Assembly (NCBI GenBank): GCA_964016885.1
Contig: OZ024742.1
Span: 162,254,001-162,318,000, forward strand
Direction of reading: 5' to 3'
DNA: 64,000 nt
Origin: Eledone cirrhosa
Taxonomy: Eukaryota
Shown: piece after piece, positions 39,048 through 52,427 of the stretch
How the letters are laid out: each line of letters opens with the position of its first letter
Position numbering within the stretch: the stretch's first letter is position 1
Made by a program: the position numbers and the translations under genes
Notes under the pieces: model-generated
What the model was told of the DNA's origin: nothing
Databases searched by the model: none
Seen by the model: only the letters and a program-made list of their open reading frames with translations

Positions 39048-40440
39048 CTTTCTTTATTAACCACAAGGGTTTACATAAAGTAGACATTAAGGACAGTACA
39101 GGACAACACAGGACGGTACAAATGGGCATTTCTGCGTGTAAAAAAAAACAGAAGATGTAATAAAAAAATAACAATGAAAAATTCCCCAATAGGGGGGAGA
39201 CTTCCGAGGGACATTTGTGGAGAAAGCCCACTAAAAGGCCACAGTGACCCGGACCACCAGGGCAAGTGCCCTCTCCCAGTTTTCCACCTTTAATTTACAG
39301 ACACATACTCAGAGTAGGCCCATTCACTCGGGCCATACTTGCTTCTCTCACCAATCTTTCAACAAAATGCTGGGAAGAGAGCACTTCCCTCTCTACCCTG
39401 ATTTTCCTTTTCAAATGAAATTTGAAAAAGTTAATCAGGGCATCACCGAAGAGGTAAGTGCTCGTCTTCAGCCCTTTCAAACGTGTCCACCATACTATCT
39501 CTTTCGCCATGGCCACCAGACAGATAAAAACTGCCTGCTCTTCCCGGCTAAAGGAAGAGGGCGGGGCACCTCCATGCCTGTAGAGTTTATCCCGAACTGG
39601 CAAAGCTCCTCGGTAGCACTGCCAGGCCAGGGATTTCTGGAAGTTGTCCATAGGCCCCGGCCCGAAAGTCCTTCCTAAGAGATTGGCTAGTTGATTTTCG
39701 TCGACGCCTAGAGTTTCTCCAAGTACGTCGTCGATCTTCCCCTCCACTAATCCTCTATAGAACGCCGAGGTGGAGTTTCCACCGATCACATTGCCCGATT
39801 GGTCGAGGGCTGTGAGCGCCTGAAGACATTCCAGTCTCCAAGCGCTCCCTCTCGGTCTTCGCTTGACCCAGGACTGCAGCTCCATCAAGGAGACGAGCTG
39901 GGGAAAGACGTGTCTAGCAAACGGCGACCACACCTGATCACCGTCGAGGAAGAGGTGGAGATGTCGTAGCCTGAGCGCGTGTCTGCGCATCATCAGCCAC
40001 GGCATGCCCAGTCCTCCACGTAGCGGGTGTTAACAGCAGATAGATCGCCTGACCATCGGAGCGCGTCCCTTCCACAAAAAGCGAAAGAGCAAACGCTCCA
40101 GCGCAGTCAGGCGGGGCTTAGGACAAGGTACGACGGTCAGGCGGTAGTAGATGACGGACGCGATGTACGCGTTAGCCACCTCCGCTCGACCTTTCAGGGA
40201 TAGCTTCCTCTCCGCCCATTTCTGGGTGAGAGAAGCCACCCTGCTCGTCACCTCGTCCCAGTTTTAGTCCGTCTGGAGGTCCGGACCGAACCAGACCCCT
40301 AACAATTTAACTGGTCCGTCCGTCCAGCGCCCGACGACGCTGTTGGACGGCATGGACCTGCCTCTCCAGGTGCCGAGCTGCAGGCCCACTGACTTTTCCT
40401 GTCACCGCTTCGTATTCTCTTAGTGTAGTGCCGATCGCCT
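39047..40440 (-). mobile_element. Tx1-like LINE 3' fragment, tail abutting (AAT)n
   Basis: LSLKGRAEVAN, SLAWQCYRGALPVRDKL; aataaagaaa tail. Confidence 0.9.
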
Positions 40441-40835
40441 CGAGAAAACGCACATGGTGGATATATATCGTTATGGAATCGGTCCCGTAAGTTTTTGATT
40501 TTTACTTCTTTAAAACAACTGTGATAGAATAATTCTTATTACAAATGAACAATAAGATTACAGTTTTCACGTTCAGCAAGCCATAACGCATCACTTTACG
40601 GCATAGGGCCCCAATATTTAATATTTAATTTTGGATCAGAAATGTTATAGTCGAAAATGAGGAAAATGGCAAAATGGCTAAATAGCTAAATAGTTAAATG
40701 GTTAAGTGGACAGGCAGAAAATTAATTTCACCACCAACACCACAACCACTACCACGCTAAAAACTCTAGTCAAGTTACCTCAACTTCTATTTCTACTTCA
40801 ACTTCAACACCATCACTACAGTACTACGATCACAT

Positions 40836-40982
40836 CACCACCACCACTGCCTCATTATCGCTACCGCCGGTATTCTCTCCCACTACCTCCTGCTAAGTAC
40901 TACTAGCACAGCACCACCACCACCACCACCACTGCTTCATTATCACTACCGCCGCTATTCTCTCCCACTACCTCCTGCTAAG
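40836..40982. repeat. ~60-bp direct duplication (offset ~85 bp)
   Basis: caccaccaccactgc.tcattatc.ctaccgcc..tattctctcccactacctcctgctaag occurs twice. Confidence 0.85.
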
Positions 40983-41282
40983 ACATGCATCGTAGTCCCC
41001 ACTAAAAGAGGAAGGCATCAATATATATAAATAGACTGATTTGATGACCCGGTCAAAAAATAAAAATAAAACAAAAATCAAAATCAAAGCAGCACAGCAA
41101 CAACGAAAAACGTAAAGAAAAGAAAAATGAAAAGAAAAACAAACAGACAGACAGAGAAGGGAAGGGAAAAACTAAGTCAGACATTCAAACATTACATTAC
41201 AATGAAACTTATGCTTATGCTTATTCTTTTTTTTTTTTTTTTTTTTTTACCTATTTGTTTGTTTGTTTATTTATGTTCGTCT

Positions 41283-44200
41283 AAAATCACCGGGAGTGAT
41301 GAAATCACCGGTGGTTATGTAACCATACATTCACCAATCCTCGATAAGAGTGTTTAAATGTCAAACCTAAACAGTTCGAATAACGGTGAAGTGGAGACTA
41401 GAATGTCATGTGACAGACTCTCACCCAGCAGGTGCTCCCTGGCTCAGCAACGGGGACCTGGCTGTCAACCAAATACTGCTGGTGTCGGAGGAAGAAGAAG
41501 AAGGAAAGGGACCAGAACCAACTGGACGAAAGACTTGAATGTTACCTGAAGAGTAACCCCAAGGAGAAAGGCTATAGGAAACGGATGCATAACATCTGGA
41601 ACGAGATTGGTCTATTTAAATTAGATGAACAAAAATTGGCCGGGCAGGCTCGGGTAATAAGAACTAATGGGTGGATAAGCGAGCTGGAACTGGAGGAACT
41701 GAGCAGAGAGATTAGGTTGGAAATGGAGAGTGGAGTATGCCAGGCAAACGAGCCAGTGGGAAATGAAGGTGAAGAGGTTGAGAGAACGGAGGAACCATCC
41801 GAAGCAGATAATGATCTGAATGCTGAAATAAATAATACCTGGAACAAAGATACGGCCATTGAGGAGGTGAATGCTGACGGGCTAGGACAAGATTTGGTTG
41901 ATATCCTAAACTTAGTGGTAGATGAATCGAACAATAATAGTGGGAGACCTATGAACCTAAGATTTGTAGACAGGAAAAAGTTAAAAGAAACAACAGCTAA
42001 GGTAAACAAAGTCATCCCATACCTTGAGGCGAGGAGCCTTCACCAGTGCAACAATATCGTCAAAGCAACAGCAAATGCGGTGAGGAAATTACTTGGTATA
42101 AAAGCGAGAGGAAACAACAAACAAGAAAGATCAGAGCCTTGGTGGAAGAAACGACTGAATGGTCAAATCAGGGAAATGAGAAATGACATTGGAAAGCTTG
42201 AGTCCCTACTGAATGGGACACTAAAAAACATAGACACTAAAAATAGACTGGAAATAAAGTACAAAACTAGGAGGAAAAAGATAAATATTATCATAGAGGA
42301 ACTGAAGCAGCGCATTGTAGCAAAGAGTGCAAAAATTAGGCGATACGAGAGCAGAGTCAGTCAGTATAGACATAACCGCATGTGTGACAACAACCAGAAG
42401 ATGCTGTTTAGACAGCTTGAAGGGAAACAAAGAGGCAACGACTTGATCCCTGAGGCGGAAAAAACTAAGACATTCTGGAGAGGAATATGGGAGCAGGATG
42501 TTAAACATAATGACCAGGCAGTGTGGATTGAGACAGTACAAAAGGAGATTAGTGAACAGGCACACCAACAAACTGATTTGAGTATCACAGTTGAAACTCT
42601 TAAGGGACAGGCCAAAAAACTAACCAACTGGAAATCACCAGGCCCAGATGGTGTGCAGGAGTATTGGATTAAAAATATAACATCCCTCCACCCGAAACTG
42701 ACAACCATGTTCAATGACTGGTTGATGTCAGGTGAGGTACAAGAGTGGTTGACAAAAGGTACCACAGTTCTGGTAATGAAAGGCCGAATCAAGGGTAATG
42801 ATGTTACCAACTATAGACCTATCACATGTCTGTCCGTAATGTGGAAACTGTTGACAAGCATTATGTCTGAGGAAATCTACCATCACCTCCACACAAACAA
42901 CTTGTTACCGGACGAACAGAAAGGATGCCGAAAGAAGTCCCGTGGTACAAAGGACCAGTTACTTATTGATAAGATGGTAATGTGGAATTGCAAGAGGAGA
43001 CACACTGGTCTTGCCATGGGATGGATAGACTACAAAAAGGCATTTGACATGGTGCCTCATTCTTGGATCACCAAAAGCCTAGAGATCTTCAAGGTGGCAG
43101 ATAACATCAGACAGATGTTGGGCAAAAGTATGAAGTCCTGGAAAACAGAGTTAACATCAGCTGGAGAATCCTTGGATGGCGTGAAGATCAAGAGAGGTAT
43201 CTTCCAGGGAGATAGTCTGTCCCCTCTATTGTTTGTCCTTGCCCTGATGCGCCTGACCATTATACTGCACAAAGTGAGAGCAGGATACAAATTGGGAAAC
43301 GGAGAGCTTACCATCAATCACCTCCTCTTCATGGACGATCTTAAGCTCTTCGGAAAGAGTGAGAAGGAGTTGGATGTGCTTGTTGACACTGTCCGTATTT
43401 TCAGCAATGATATATGTATGCAATTTGGTATTAGTAAGTGTGATGAAGAGGGGTAAATTGAGCAGAAGCAACGGAATCCAGGTACCAACAGGTGAGATGA
43501 TAAAGGAAATTGAGACTGAAGAAGGATACAAGTATTTGGGTGTTCTGGAGGCTGATGACATCAAGAACAAAAAAATGAAGGAATTGATAAGATCTGAATA
43601 CATTTGGAGAGTAAGGAGCGTATTAAAGTCACATCTGAACAGTAGGAATGCCATAAGTGCAGTAAATTCCCGAGCTGTGTCTATTATTAGGTACAGTGCG
43701 GGAATTCTGAGATGGAATGTTGCCGAACAAAAAGAAATGAATAGGAAGACTAGGAAGCTATTGACTATCTACAACATGTTCCACAAGAGGAGTGATGTCG
43801 ATAGACTCTACTTAAGGAGATCTGAAGGTGGAAGAAGTTTTATCAGCATAGAGGACTGCGTTCAGATGGAGAAAAACAACCTACACAAATACGTGACTGA
43901 TAGTAAGGAGCCAATGCTCAGAACTGTACTGAAGGAGAGGGCAATAGACCACGGGGATGTCCAAGGAGGAAATAACAACAAGGAGAAAGAGCAGCCTTCA
44001 TGAAAAATCCCTTCATAGTACCTTCTTTGAGAAAACTGAATTCAGAGATCCACAGACATGGAACTGGTTGAAAAGAGGAGACCTTAAAAAGGCTACAGAA
44101 GGAATGTTAATGGTTGCGCAAGAGCTGGCCCTCAAAACGAAGTGGTTGAAACACCATATTTACAAGGAGGAGGCTAGCCCACTGTGCAGGATCTGTGGAG

Positions 44201-44860
44201 AGAGAGAGGAGACTGTGGCTCACATTGTATCCGAGTGTAAACACCTAGCCCAGACCCACTATAAGGGCTGGAGACATGATGTGATGGGCAGGGTGATCCA
44301 CTGGCACCTATGAAAAGTAAACAATTTACCACATTCTGAGAAGTGGTATGAGCATAAGCCAGAGGCGGTGATAGAAAACGATCAGGTGAAGGTGCTGTGG
44401 GATTTTAGGATACAGACGGACAAGAAACTGGAACACAGACCTGACCTGGTGGTTTTGGACAAAGAAAAAAGATCGTGCCTGGTTGTGGATGAGGCCCTCC
44501 CATTCGACACGAGAGTGCAAGAGAAAGAGATGGAGAAAATTAACCGATACCAGGACTTAAAGTGGGAGGTAAAAAGGATTTGGAACTGCCATGAAGTCAA
44601 AGTGGTCCCGATTGTCATAGGCGCACTAGGTACTATCTCAAAAAGTTTCCAGGGATGGTTAAAGAAAATTGGCCCTTCACGCTTTTTGGAACGCTTCAAA
44701 AGGCATGCTTGCTGGGAACAGCAAGAACCCTCCGATACATCCTGAATATCTGAGGCTGCAGGTAGTGGCTTGATATTCATTTCAACAAACTTTCCAGTTA
44801 ACTAACATCAATGACTGAGACTCAAAGTACAATAACAATAATAATAATAATAATAATAAT
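41283..44860 (+). mobile_element. R4/Dong-like RLE LINE, near full length, several frameshifts
   Basis: ATG at 41358, NWTKDLN/ECY..S.P..GYRKRM N-terminus, RT motifs (NYRPITCL, EQKGC, IDYKKAFD, GIFQGDSLSPLLF, FMDD), CCHC (CRIC..ETVAHIVSEC), PD..D nuclease and (AAT)n tail. The 5' boundary is approximate. Confidence 0.93.
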
Positions 44861-47800
44861 GGTTTCTTTATTGGCCACAAGGGCTAACATGATACAATAG
44901 AAATGTGTAGAAACAAATTAAAAAATTCAAACAAAAATTCCCTAATAGGGGGGAAACTTCCGAGGGTCACTTGTTGCGAAAACCACACAAAAGACCATGG
45001 CCACCCTGACCACAAGGGCAAGCGCTCTCTCTCAATTCTCCCACTCATCAGTCTACAGGCGCATACTCAGAATGGGCCTGTTCACTCGAACCAGACTCGC
45101 CACTTTCACCCACCTTTCAACAAACTTACTAGAAGACACTTGCCTCTCCACCCTGATTTTCCTCTTCAAGTGAAACTTGAAAAAGTTAATCAGGGATTGG
45201 CCAGAGAGGAAAGTGTCCGTCTTCAATCCTATCAACCTTGTCCACAACACAGTCTCTTTTGCCATGGCCACTAGGCAAATGAAAACTGCCTGCCCTTCCT
45301 CCTCCTTAAATGTGGACGCCAGGGACTCAGTCGATAACGGGATCTGTCCGACAGCAACTGTTCGACATAGCCCCACAAGTCACCAATACTTGGGCACTGA
45401 ACAAGTGTGTGCATGACAGTTTCGTCGCTCTGCGTGCATCTCGGACAGGCTCGGCTGACAGCACTTCCGTGCCTGTAGAGTTTATCTCGAACCGGCAACA
45501 CTCCTCACTAGCACTGCCAGGCCAGGGTTTCTGGAAGTTGTCCATAGGCCCCAGACTGAAAGTTCTCTCAAAGAGAGCGAACAGCTGATTGTCTTCGACA
45601 CCCAAGATCTCCCTGAGAATGTCGTCGCTCTTCGCCTCCACTAGTCCTCCATAGAACGCCGAGGTGGATGTTCCACTGATACTAATGCCCAGCTGGTAGA
45701 GTGCAATGAGCGCTTGGAGACATACCAGCTTCCAAGTGCTATCCCTCAGTCTTTTCCCGATCCAGGACTGCAGCTCTGTCAAGGAGACGAACTGGGGAAA
45801 AACGCGTCTGGCAAACGACGACCGCAACTATTCACCACCAAGGAAGCACCAGAGATGTCGCAGCCTTAGCGCATGTTTGCGCATTATCAGCCATGGTATG
45901 CCCGTCCTCCACGCAATGGGTGCTGACAGCAGATGGATCGTCTGACCATGGGAGCACATCCCTTCCACAATAAGTGGAAGAGGAGGTGCTCCATTTTGGT
46001 CAGACTTGGGCAGGGGCAAAACATGACAGTCAGGCGGCTTCGCAGATCACAAATTTGTGGTCTGTGTAGTCGACTGCTTTAAATTATGGACAACCCTCAC
46101 TAGCCTTATCTATTTCCCTACAGAATATCCTATCTAGATACGATCTGGATGACCTGATGCGGTTTGCCGATGTCCACATTGGCACATTCGGATAATCCAG
46201 TTGATACCTGTCAGACAGTTCAAAACATCTGAGCAGGTTGGTGAGGCTTCTACACCCTCTTACCCTATCTACTAGCCCCACATAATCCCAGCATGCATCT
46301 AAGATATCGTTCCAGTTGCCCATTAACACTAAAGAGTGGGACGTTCCCAGAAAGGTTTCTTGATGTCTGAAGAAAGTTGTTGGGGCGTAGATGGCTACTA
46401 GCCTAAAAGCATTACCTTCGCTGCCAGTCATGTCCAGCACCACTGACTTACCTTCTGGGTCCAGGAAGATGGCCCGTATGGCAAGATCCAAGCCTCTCCG
46501 AAAAAGCACAGCAACTCCGCACCTCCGCTCCCGGACGGCTGGGAGATGCATATACATCGTAGCCGCTGAAGATCAGTACAAAGGCTCGTGCTTCGGAAAT
46601 TCTGGTCTCACTGATGACCACCATATCTATGTTTAGTGACCTGAGGTCGTTGAGCAGGTGACCCTGCTTCCAAGATGACCCCAAGCCACGTACATTTACA
46701 CTGCCTATTCTAAGTACGGCCATTTGGGTGAGGAAAGGGGTAAGTGAGAAAGGATCACTTACCTTGATCGTGTGGGAAAGGGACAGTCGAACCGTCCCTT
46801 CAGTTGGTCATGGGTGTCAAGATAATATCCATGTATATTCTCTTGGTAAGCGACCCTCTGAAGTCCCCAACGGCGACTGTTTGTATTGTTCCAGTTGGAT
46901 CTCAACAATTTTTATGTCTTTTAGTAATGTTCTTGGTGGGGTGTAGTAAGTTTTGTCTGTAATCTCTGTGTTGCTTTATATGTTCTATAGGTTCTTTATT
47001 TGCAAAGTTTATAACTGTGTACTTTTTTGTTGCTGTTGGGTGTGTGTGCCTTGTTGTGATTGCGATGTTGGTGTTTGTGATGATGCTAGCGGTGGTGTGG
47101 TTGTTGTTGGTGGTGATGCTTGTGGAGGTGATGGTGTTGCTGCAAGTTGCCTTGCCACCTTTACCCCTCTTTGTTTGCCTTCGCTTTTGGAGCGTGGAGC
47201 TAAGGGTTATTTTTTTTTTCTTTTTGTGGCAGACCTTTTGCCACTTCACTCGCGCCTCACACTCTATGTCAGATTCTGTGGGATCTGGGGGGAGCATGAG
47301 CTCCATGGCTATTGGGGGTGGTGGTGAAGCCCGCTCTAGTGATTTTGTCACAGGTGTAGCTACTGCAACTGTCGCTGTTTCAGTTGTCTGTGGCCTTGGT
47401 ATGGGTGCCACAGACGTTGCCCTCCTACTCACCGCAGAAGGGCCTGATGCCTCTGTTGCCTGCCCTGCTCCTGGTAGCAGCGAACCAGGCATCGGAAGGA
47501 GTGGGACCATCTTCTTCGGTGTCTTCTGCGTGCAAAAGGCGCTGAGGTGACCCTTTGACCTACAGAGATAGAACTTTGGGCGCCTTCCTTCCACGCTTAT
47601 GGGGAGTAAAACCCCTTCTTGGAGGTCTATGATGTCCGGGATAGCCTCGATACACTCTTGGTCAGTTTGGATTAGCATTTGCATTCCAGTACCTGAGCAG
47701 TTCTCCCTCTCTATCCTCTGCACTTGCAGCATGGTCATCCTGTTCTTGACTCCAGTGAGTACAGACGCGGCCAGCCAAGATATGGGCACATTGGGTGGGA

Positions 47801-48480
47801 CGTGGGTCACTTTGACCCTCACAATCTTCTGCCTGCAGTAGGAGAGCACCAAAACTACCCCGTCACTCTTTATGGTTACCAAAGAGTGAGAGTTCACCTC
47901 TTGTTGGGTGGAAAAAAGTACGTCCGCGGTGGCATACTTTTTGCCTTGGGTGATGTGGGTTTTGTGTGCCCACACGCACCCCAAGGCTTTTTGAATTCAA
48001 GCCTCTGTGGCTCTCTCCATCTAATGTGATCTTTTGCTTACAGTGCGGTAAGTCACCGCCCGCAAGTGTTAGTCCTTGAAAAAATTGGGTGGAGGTTTCA
48101 GGGAGACTCGATTGGCTTTGCTAGCCACCATGGCCCTTGCGATCGCCATCTCCTCCTCCGTGACTATCACTGTCTCTACATTTATGGTCACCCCTCGCAA
48201 AAGAAATGGTCTCTCTTTTTAGTGGCACCATTGTTGCTGCCGCTACTGCTGCTACTGGTCTTGTTGTTGGTGCTGTTGCTGCTGCAACTGCTATACTGGT
48301 GTGGTTGTTGCTTCTGCCGCTGCTGCTACTTTCCTTGTTGCCGTTAGTGCTGGTTTTGGTAGCAGTATCTCCACAGTCATGTGCTGCTATAGCAAGGGCA
48401 CTGGCACTGCCAGTGCCAGTCTCATAAACACCTTCCTTCTTGCCAAATGTATCTCCAGCAGCCGCTTCTCGACCACCACT
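44861..48480 (-). mobile_element. Tx1-like LINE with ORF1 (zinc-knuckle-like), EN domain, RT deleted, C-terminus and 3' tail
   Basis: ORF1 46902-47984 (VEGRRPKFYLCRSKGHLSAFC); EN SVNVRGL..ISETR, AIYAP, SYLDRI; C-terminal CPRC..ETVMHTLVQC. The 5' boundary is uncertain. Confidence 0.85.
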
Positions 48481-49316
48481 TGATGAAGAAGAAGAAGGTG
48501 AAAAGGCTTTTGCGTGACTGTCACTACATGAAGATGAAGGAGAAGATGAAAAAGCCTGATGATAATTTATATTATCATCATCATCACCATCATCAATTTT
48601 ACGTCCGTTTTTCCATGATTGCATGGGTTGGACAATATATATATACATATATATATAGAATTCACATGAATCAAAGTTCTGTTCAAACCATTTATTAGCT
48701 TACAATTGTTTCGTCCAAACCGAGGTTTGGATCCTTCGGAGCAATTTTTCAAAGATTGTTTACATACATGACCTCCTTTCCAACACAAGAGACATACAGA
48801 TACATATGTGTATATTGATGCACAGTGGGGTGACATCCATTATAATATTTTTGCATGGCAATTTAAATTCAAAAATTAAAATCATATTAGAACAAAATTA
48901 AAGTTAAAATACAACATCGGCAGTTTACGAAGATAATGCAAGAGGATAGTTTGTTAGTCAGTTGAAGTAGTTAGTGCATGCAATAGTTACACGTGGGGCA
49001 TGCACGTGTGTCTTATTTATATAAGATTATTGTGCGGCAAGGTGTTATATGCAATACAAGCACTTTAAGCGGGTAATCAAGAGTATTATGGAAGTTGTAG
49101 TGGTAAAGTATTTGTGTGCATAGAAATATTATAAATGAGAAGCAAAATAATGTTATGGTTTTTGTATACACCACCATTTTCACAATCCAGGAAACGTAAT
49201 ATATACTTTATATGTCCTTCACATAATTAACGATGATTCAGTATTGGATGTTTGATGTATTAAGTTAAATTATAACAGGTTGTTGCGGCTCAGTGTTCTT
49301 TAATCCAATTTTATAG

Positions 49317-49694
49317 AGCAGCACCGTCACAACTAGCACCGTTACAACTAGCAACTCTTCTGAAACCTATATAGGCTCTACTTCAAACTGCTTCAAAACC
49401 AGATACAATTCGCACATCCATTCTTTAAAAAAACACAGTCTAGCCAACTCCACTTCACTATCTAGCTACATACACTATTTAAAAACTAAAAATAGATCTT
49501 ATACACTTAAATGGGAAGTGATAGGTAAGGCGACATCGTACAAACCACCTAATAAATGTTGTAACCTCTGTCTACTAGAGACCCATACTATTATCTTCTC
49601 AAACCATAACCTCCTTAATAAAAAATCAGAAGTGTTCGCGTCATGCCAGCACCGCTTCCAACACTCCTTCCAAAACTTTAAACCCAATATATAG
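49317..49694 (+). pseudogene. Penelope-type GIY-YIG endonuclease C-terminal half (no start codon, absent from ORF track)
   Basis: My translation: ETYIGSTSNCFKTRYNSH...STSLSSYIHYLK...LKWEVIGKATSY..PNKCCNLCLLETHTI...LLNKKSEVFASCQHR...NI*. Confidence 0.9.
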
Positions 49695-51293
49695 CAATGT
49701 CAGACTTGAACCCACCACCACTTCTAGCAACACTCCTCAAGGCACACCTTACACCGCAACTCCACACTCAATGATCCACCCTATCTTAACACAATTCGTG
49801 ACATCTATCTAAAACCTTTTACCCTAGAAATATCCCTATGTACACCTACTTTTAGTATAATTACCTTCAATTACTTAGACTACATTATATCACTATATAA
49901 TTATATGTAAACTTTAAACACTGAATTATTTGTGCAAATGTTGTTGTATGTATGGAGTGCTATCATTAGATAAATAGAAGATTAATTTATTAACATATAA
50001 AAGCTGTATAACCTATATGTTGAGTACAATGAATTATGTACAAATGGTATATGAGTTATACATACATGTATAACTTGATAGACAGATTAATGACATTGTA
50101 AGTGAGAATTGCTCTTTGGTCTACCCTAGAGATATTTAACTTTGCCATGAAATCAGCCATGCGCTGACCCATAGCTTACCAGGGGTTATATATAGACGTG
50201 GTTCTAATAAGACCCTGTCAGGTTCTGTCAGTAGACTACATTTACAAAGAACATTGATATGGAGATCTGACTCTTCGTATGGAATATTCAGTTGTAGCAC
50301 TCTATGATAGGGAGTAATCATCCTAATATAGATACCTTTAGTACTTCTTGATAGAGTAGACTGTAATTTAAAGATAGGATACTTAAATTTGGAAACTGTA
50401 TATAACCATATATATAAGGGACTCAATTGAGACACCTTTTAATGTACATTGGAATAATAAATTTTTATATTTAAAAAATCTGGCGGGAGATAATGTAGCA
50501 GGAGTTGCCTCCCTTGTTGTGACACTCACATCACCAATAGATTAACGCTCTCTAGATAGGAAGTAGAACCCTTTCTGTAACTTCCGTTCCAACCCTATAA
50601 AAGGAATAACTTTAAGCTCCCTATCTCTCATTTGCCCTTTCGGCTCCTTCCCTTCGGCCAGGCGCGTTCGCCTGGCAACCAAACGGTAGCTAATAACTTC
50701 GCTTCATTCTCTCATCTATTCATTGACATGTCAACTATACTGTTCTATATTTCCACAAATTGTTAATTAAATATTATACACACAAACCACGTCTCTTGTT
50801 ATACTTATACAACCCAATAAAATGCTATAAAGTATATATTACGTTTCCTGGATTGTGAAAATGGTGGTGTATACAAAAACCATAACATTATTTTGCTTCT
50901 CATTTATAATATTTCTATGCACACAAATACTTTACCACTGCAACTTCCATAATACTCTTGATTACCCGCTTAAAGTGCTTGTATTGCATATAACACCTTG
51001 CCGCACAATAATCTTATATAAATAAGACACACGTGCATGCCCCACGTGTAACTATTGCATGCACTAACTACTTCAACTGACTAACAAACTATCCTCTTGC
51101 ATTATCTTCGTAAACTGCCGATGTTGTATTTTAACTTTAATTTTGTTCTAATATGATTTTAATTTTTGAATTTAAATTGCCATGCAAAAATATTATAATG
51201 GATGTCACCCCACTGTGCATCAATATACACATATGTATCTGTATGTCTCTTGTGTTGGAAAGGAGGTCATGTATGTAAACAATCTTTGAAAAA

Positions 51294-51343
51294 TTGCTCC
51301 GAAGGATCCAAACCTCGGTTTGGACGAAACAATTGTAAGCTAA
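51294..51343 (+). ncRNA. Atypical minimal hammerhead-ribozyme-like motif (mirror copy on the minus strand at ~48695-48744)
   Basis: gct-CCGAAGGA-tccaaac ctcg gtttgga-CGAAAC-aatt-GTA-agc: 7-bp stem II, palindromic stem III loop, short stem I. The core deviates from CUGANGA. Confidence 0.55.
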
Positions 51344-51558
51344 TAAATGGTTTGAACAGAACTTTGATTCATGTGAATTCTATATAACTGCTCTGTAGAA
51401 CAACTGATGTTATTACATTGAACTATTTATCTTACTGGTAATAAGGTAGTAATAAATTACTGTCTTTCACTGTTTAGGGTTTAAAATATATATAACTATA
51501 ACAAGTTTTAGTATATACATAACCCTAAATAGTATCCTTAATACTACATCTATATATA

Positions 51559-51731
51559 TACCGTATTTCCCACTGTCGAAGGCGATTCGTCCTCGACGAT
51601 GCACCCTAATTTTGACAATCAAAAATTTGAAAAAGAAATAATAAACAACCTTTGGCCTCCAGGACGCATTGTAGATTTTTGAGACTTATTTTAGGAAAAA
51701 AGTAGTGTCTTCGGCGCCGAGAAATACGGTA
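51559..51731. mobile_element. Short pogo/Tigger-type MITE inside (TA)n
   Basis: TIRs ta|ccgtatttc ... gaaatacgg|ta. Confidence 0.8.
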
Positions 51732-51754
51732 TATATATATATTTAGATGTCACA

Positions 51755-51962
51755 AAATAAAAAAGCGCCCAACCGACACTGTAAAGTGGTCTTGTAGGTG
51801 TCATAACAGATAGCACCCAGTCCACACAGTAAATGTGGTTGGCATTAAGAAGGATAGAAACCAAGTCAGAAACAGGTCTATATGAGCAAACCATGATCAT
51901 CTGACCAGACAACTCGTCTAATACATGCTAGCAGAGAAAAATGGACGTTAAAAAGTAATGAT
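51755..51962 (+). mobile_element. RTE 3'-UTR-derived repeat
   Basis: cagtccacac.gtaaa.gtggttggcattaagaagg...catgctagc...ggacgttaa. Confidence 0.7.
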
Positions 51963-52427
51963 AATGCTTTTTAAAAAATATCAAGGGAGACAACCTAGAA
52001 AAATTATCGATTCTCCTCCAACCCACCGCGCGCTTATCCCCCCCCCCCCATTATTTGAGACCCGTGAGTATTTCCAATAATATAAATTTGCCTTAAATTG
52101 CCTTAAATTCATAGCAATTTTGTAACTGTTATTTCTACGTACATTCTGTGGCTCTTTTGAGCTTGCGCATTTTTCAGGTCTCGTTATAATTCTGCTTGTG
52201 ATTCGTCCATTCGTAACGTACGTTACGCTTTAGTTACTTACACACCCATCTACTGAGTTCCATGGTTTAAGAATTTTAGCAGAGTAAAATATTTTTGAAA
52301 TTAAGAATTTTAGCAGAAAGTCAAATATTTTCGAAATTAAGAATTTTAGCAGAAAGTCACGAACTGGGTTAAAGATATTAATCACTATCTGGGCTCTAAA
52401 ACATTATTTATTATTTAGCAGTAAAAT

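Larger units (their letters stand above)
48652..51386 (+). mobile_element. Penelope-like element fragment with 561-bp inverted terminal repeats (48652-49212 / 50826-51386)
   Basis: Near-perfect inverted arms, an internal GIY-YIG C-terminal frame, and a hammerhead-like motif followed by AATAAA in each arm. Confidence 0.88.

Noticed and set aside
41432-43456. 674-aa ORF as an intact active RT gene
   Set aside because: Frameshifts on both sides, a stop at ~44313 and substitutions in conserved motifs show a defective copy.
48066-48648. Ala/Ser/Thr-rich ORFs as a host gene
   Set aside because: Low complexity, starting in microsatellite or RTE-tail sequence and adjoining Tx1 ORF1; more likely element 5' sequence.
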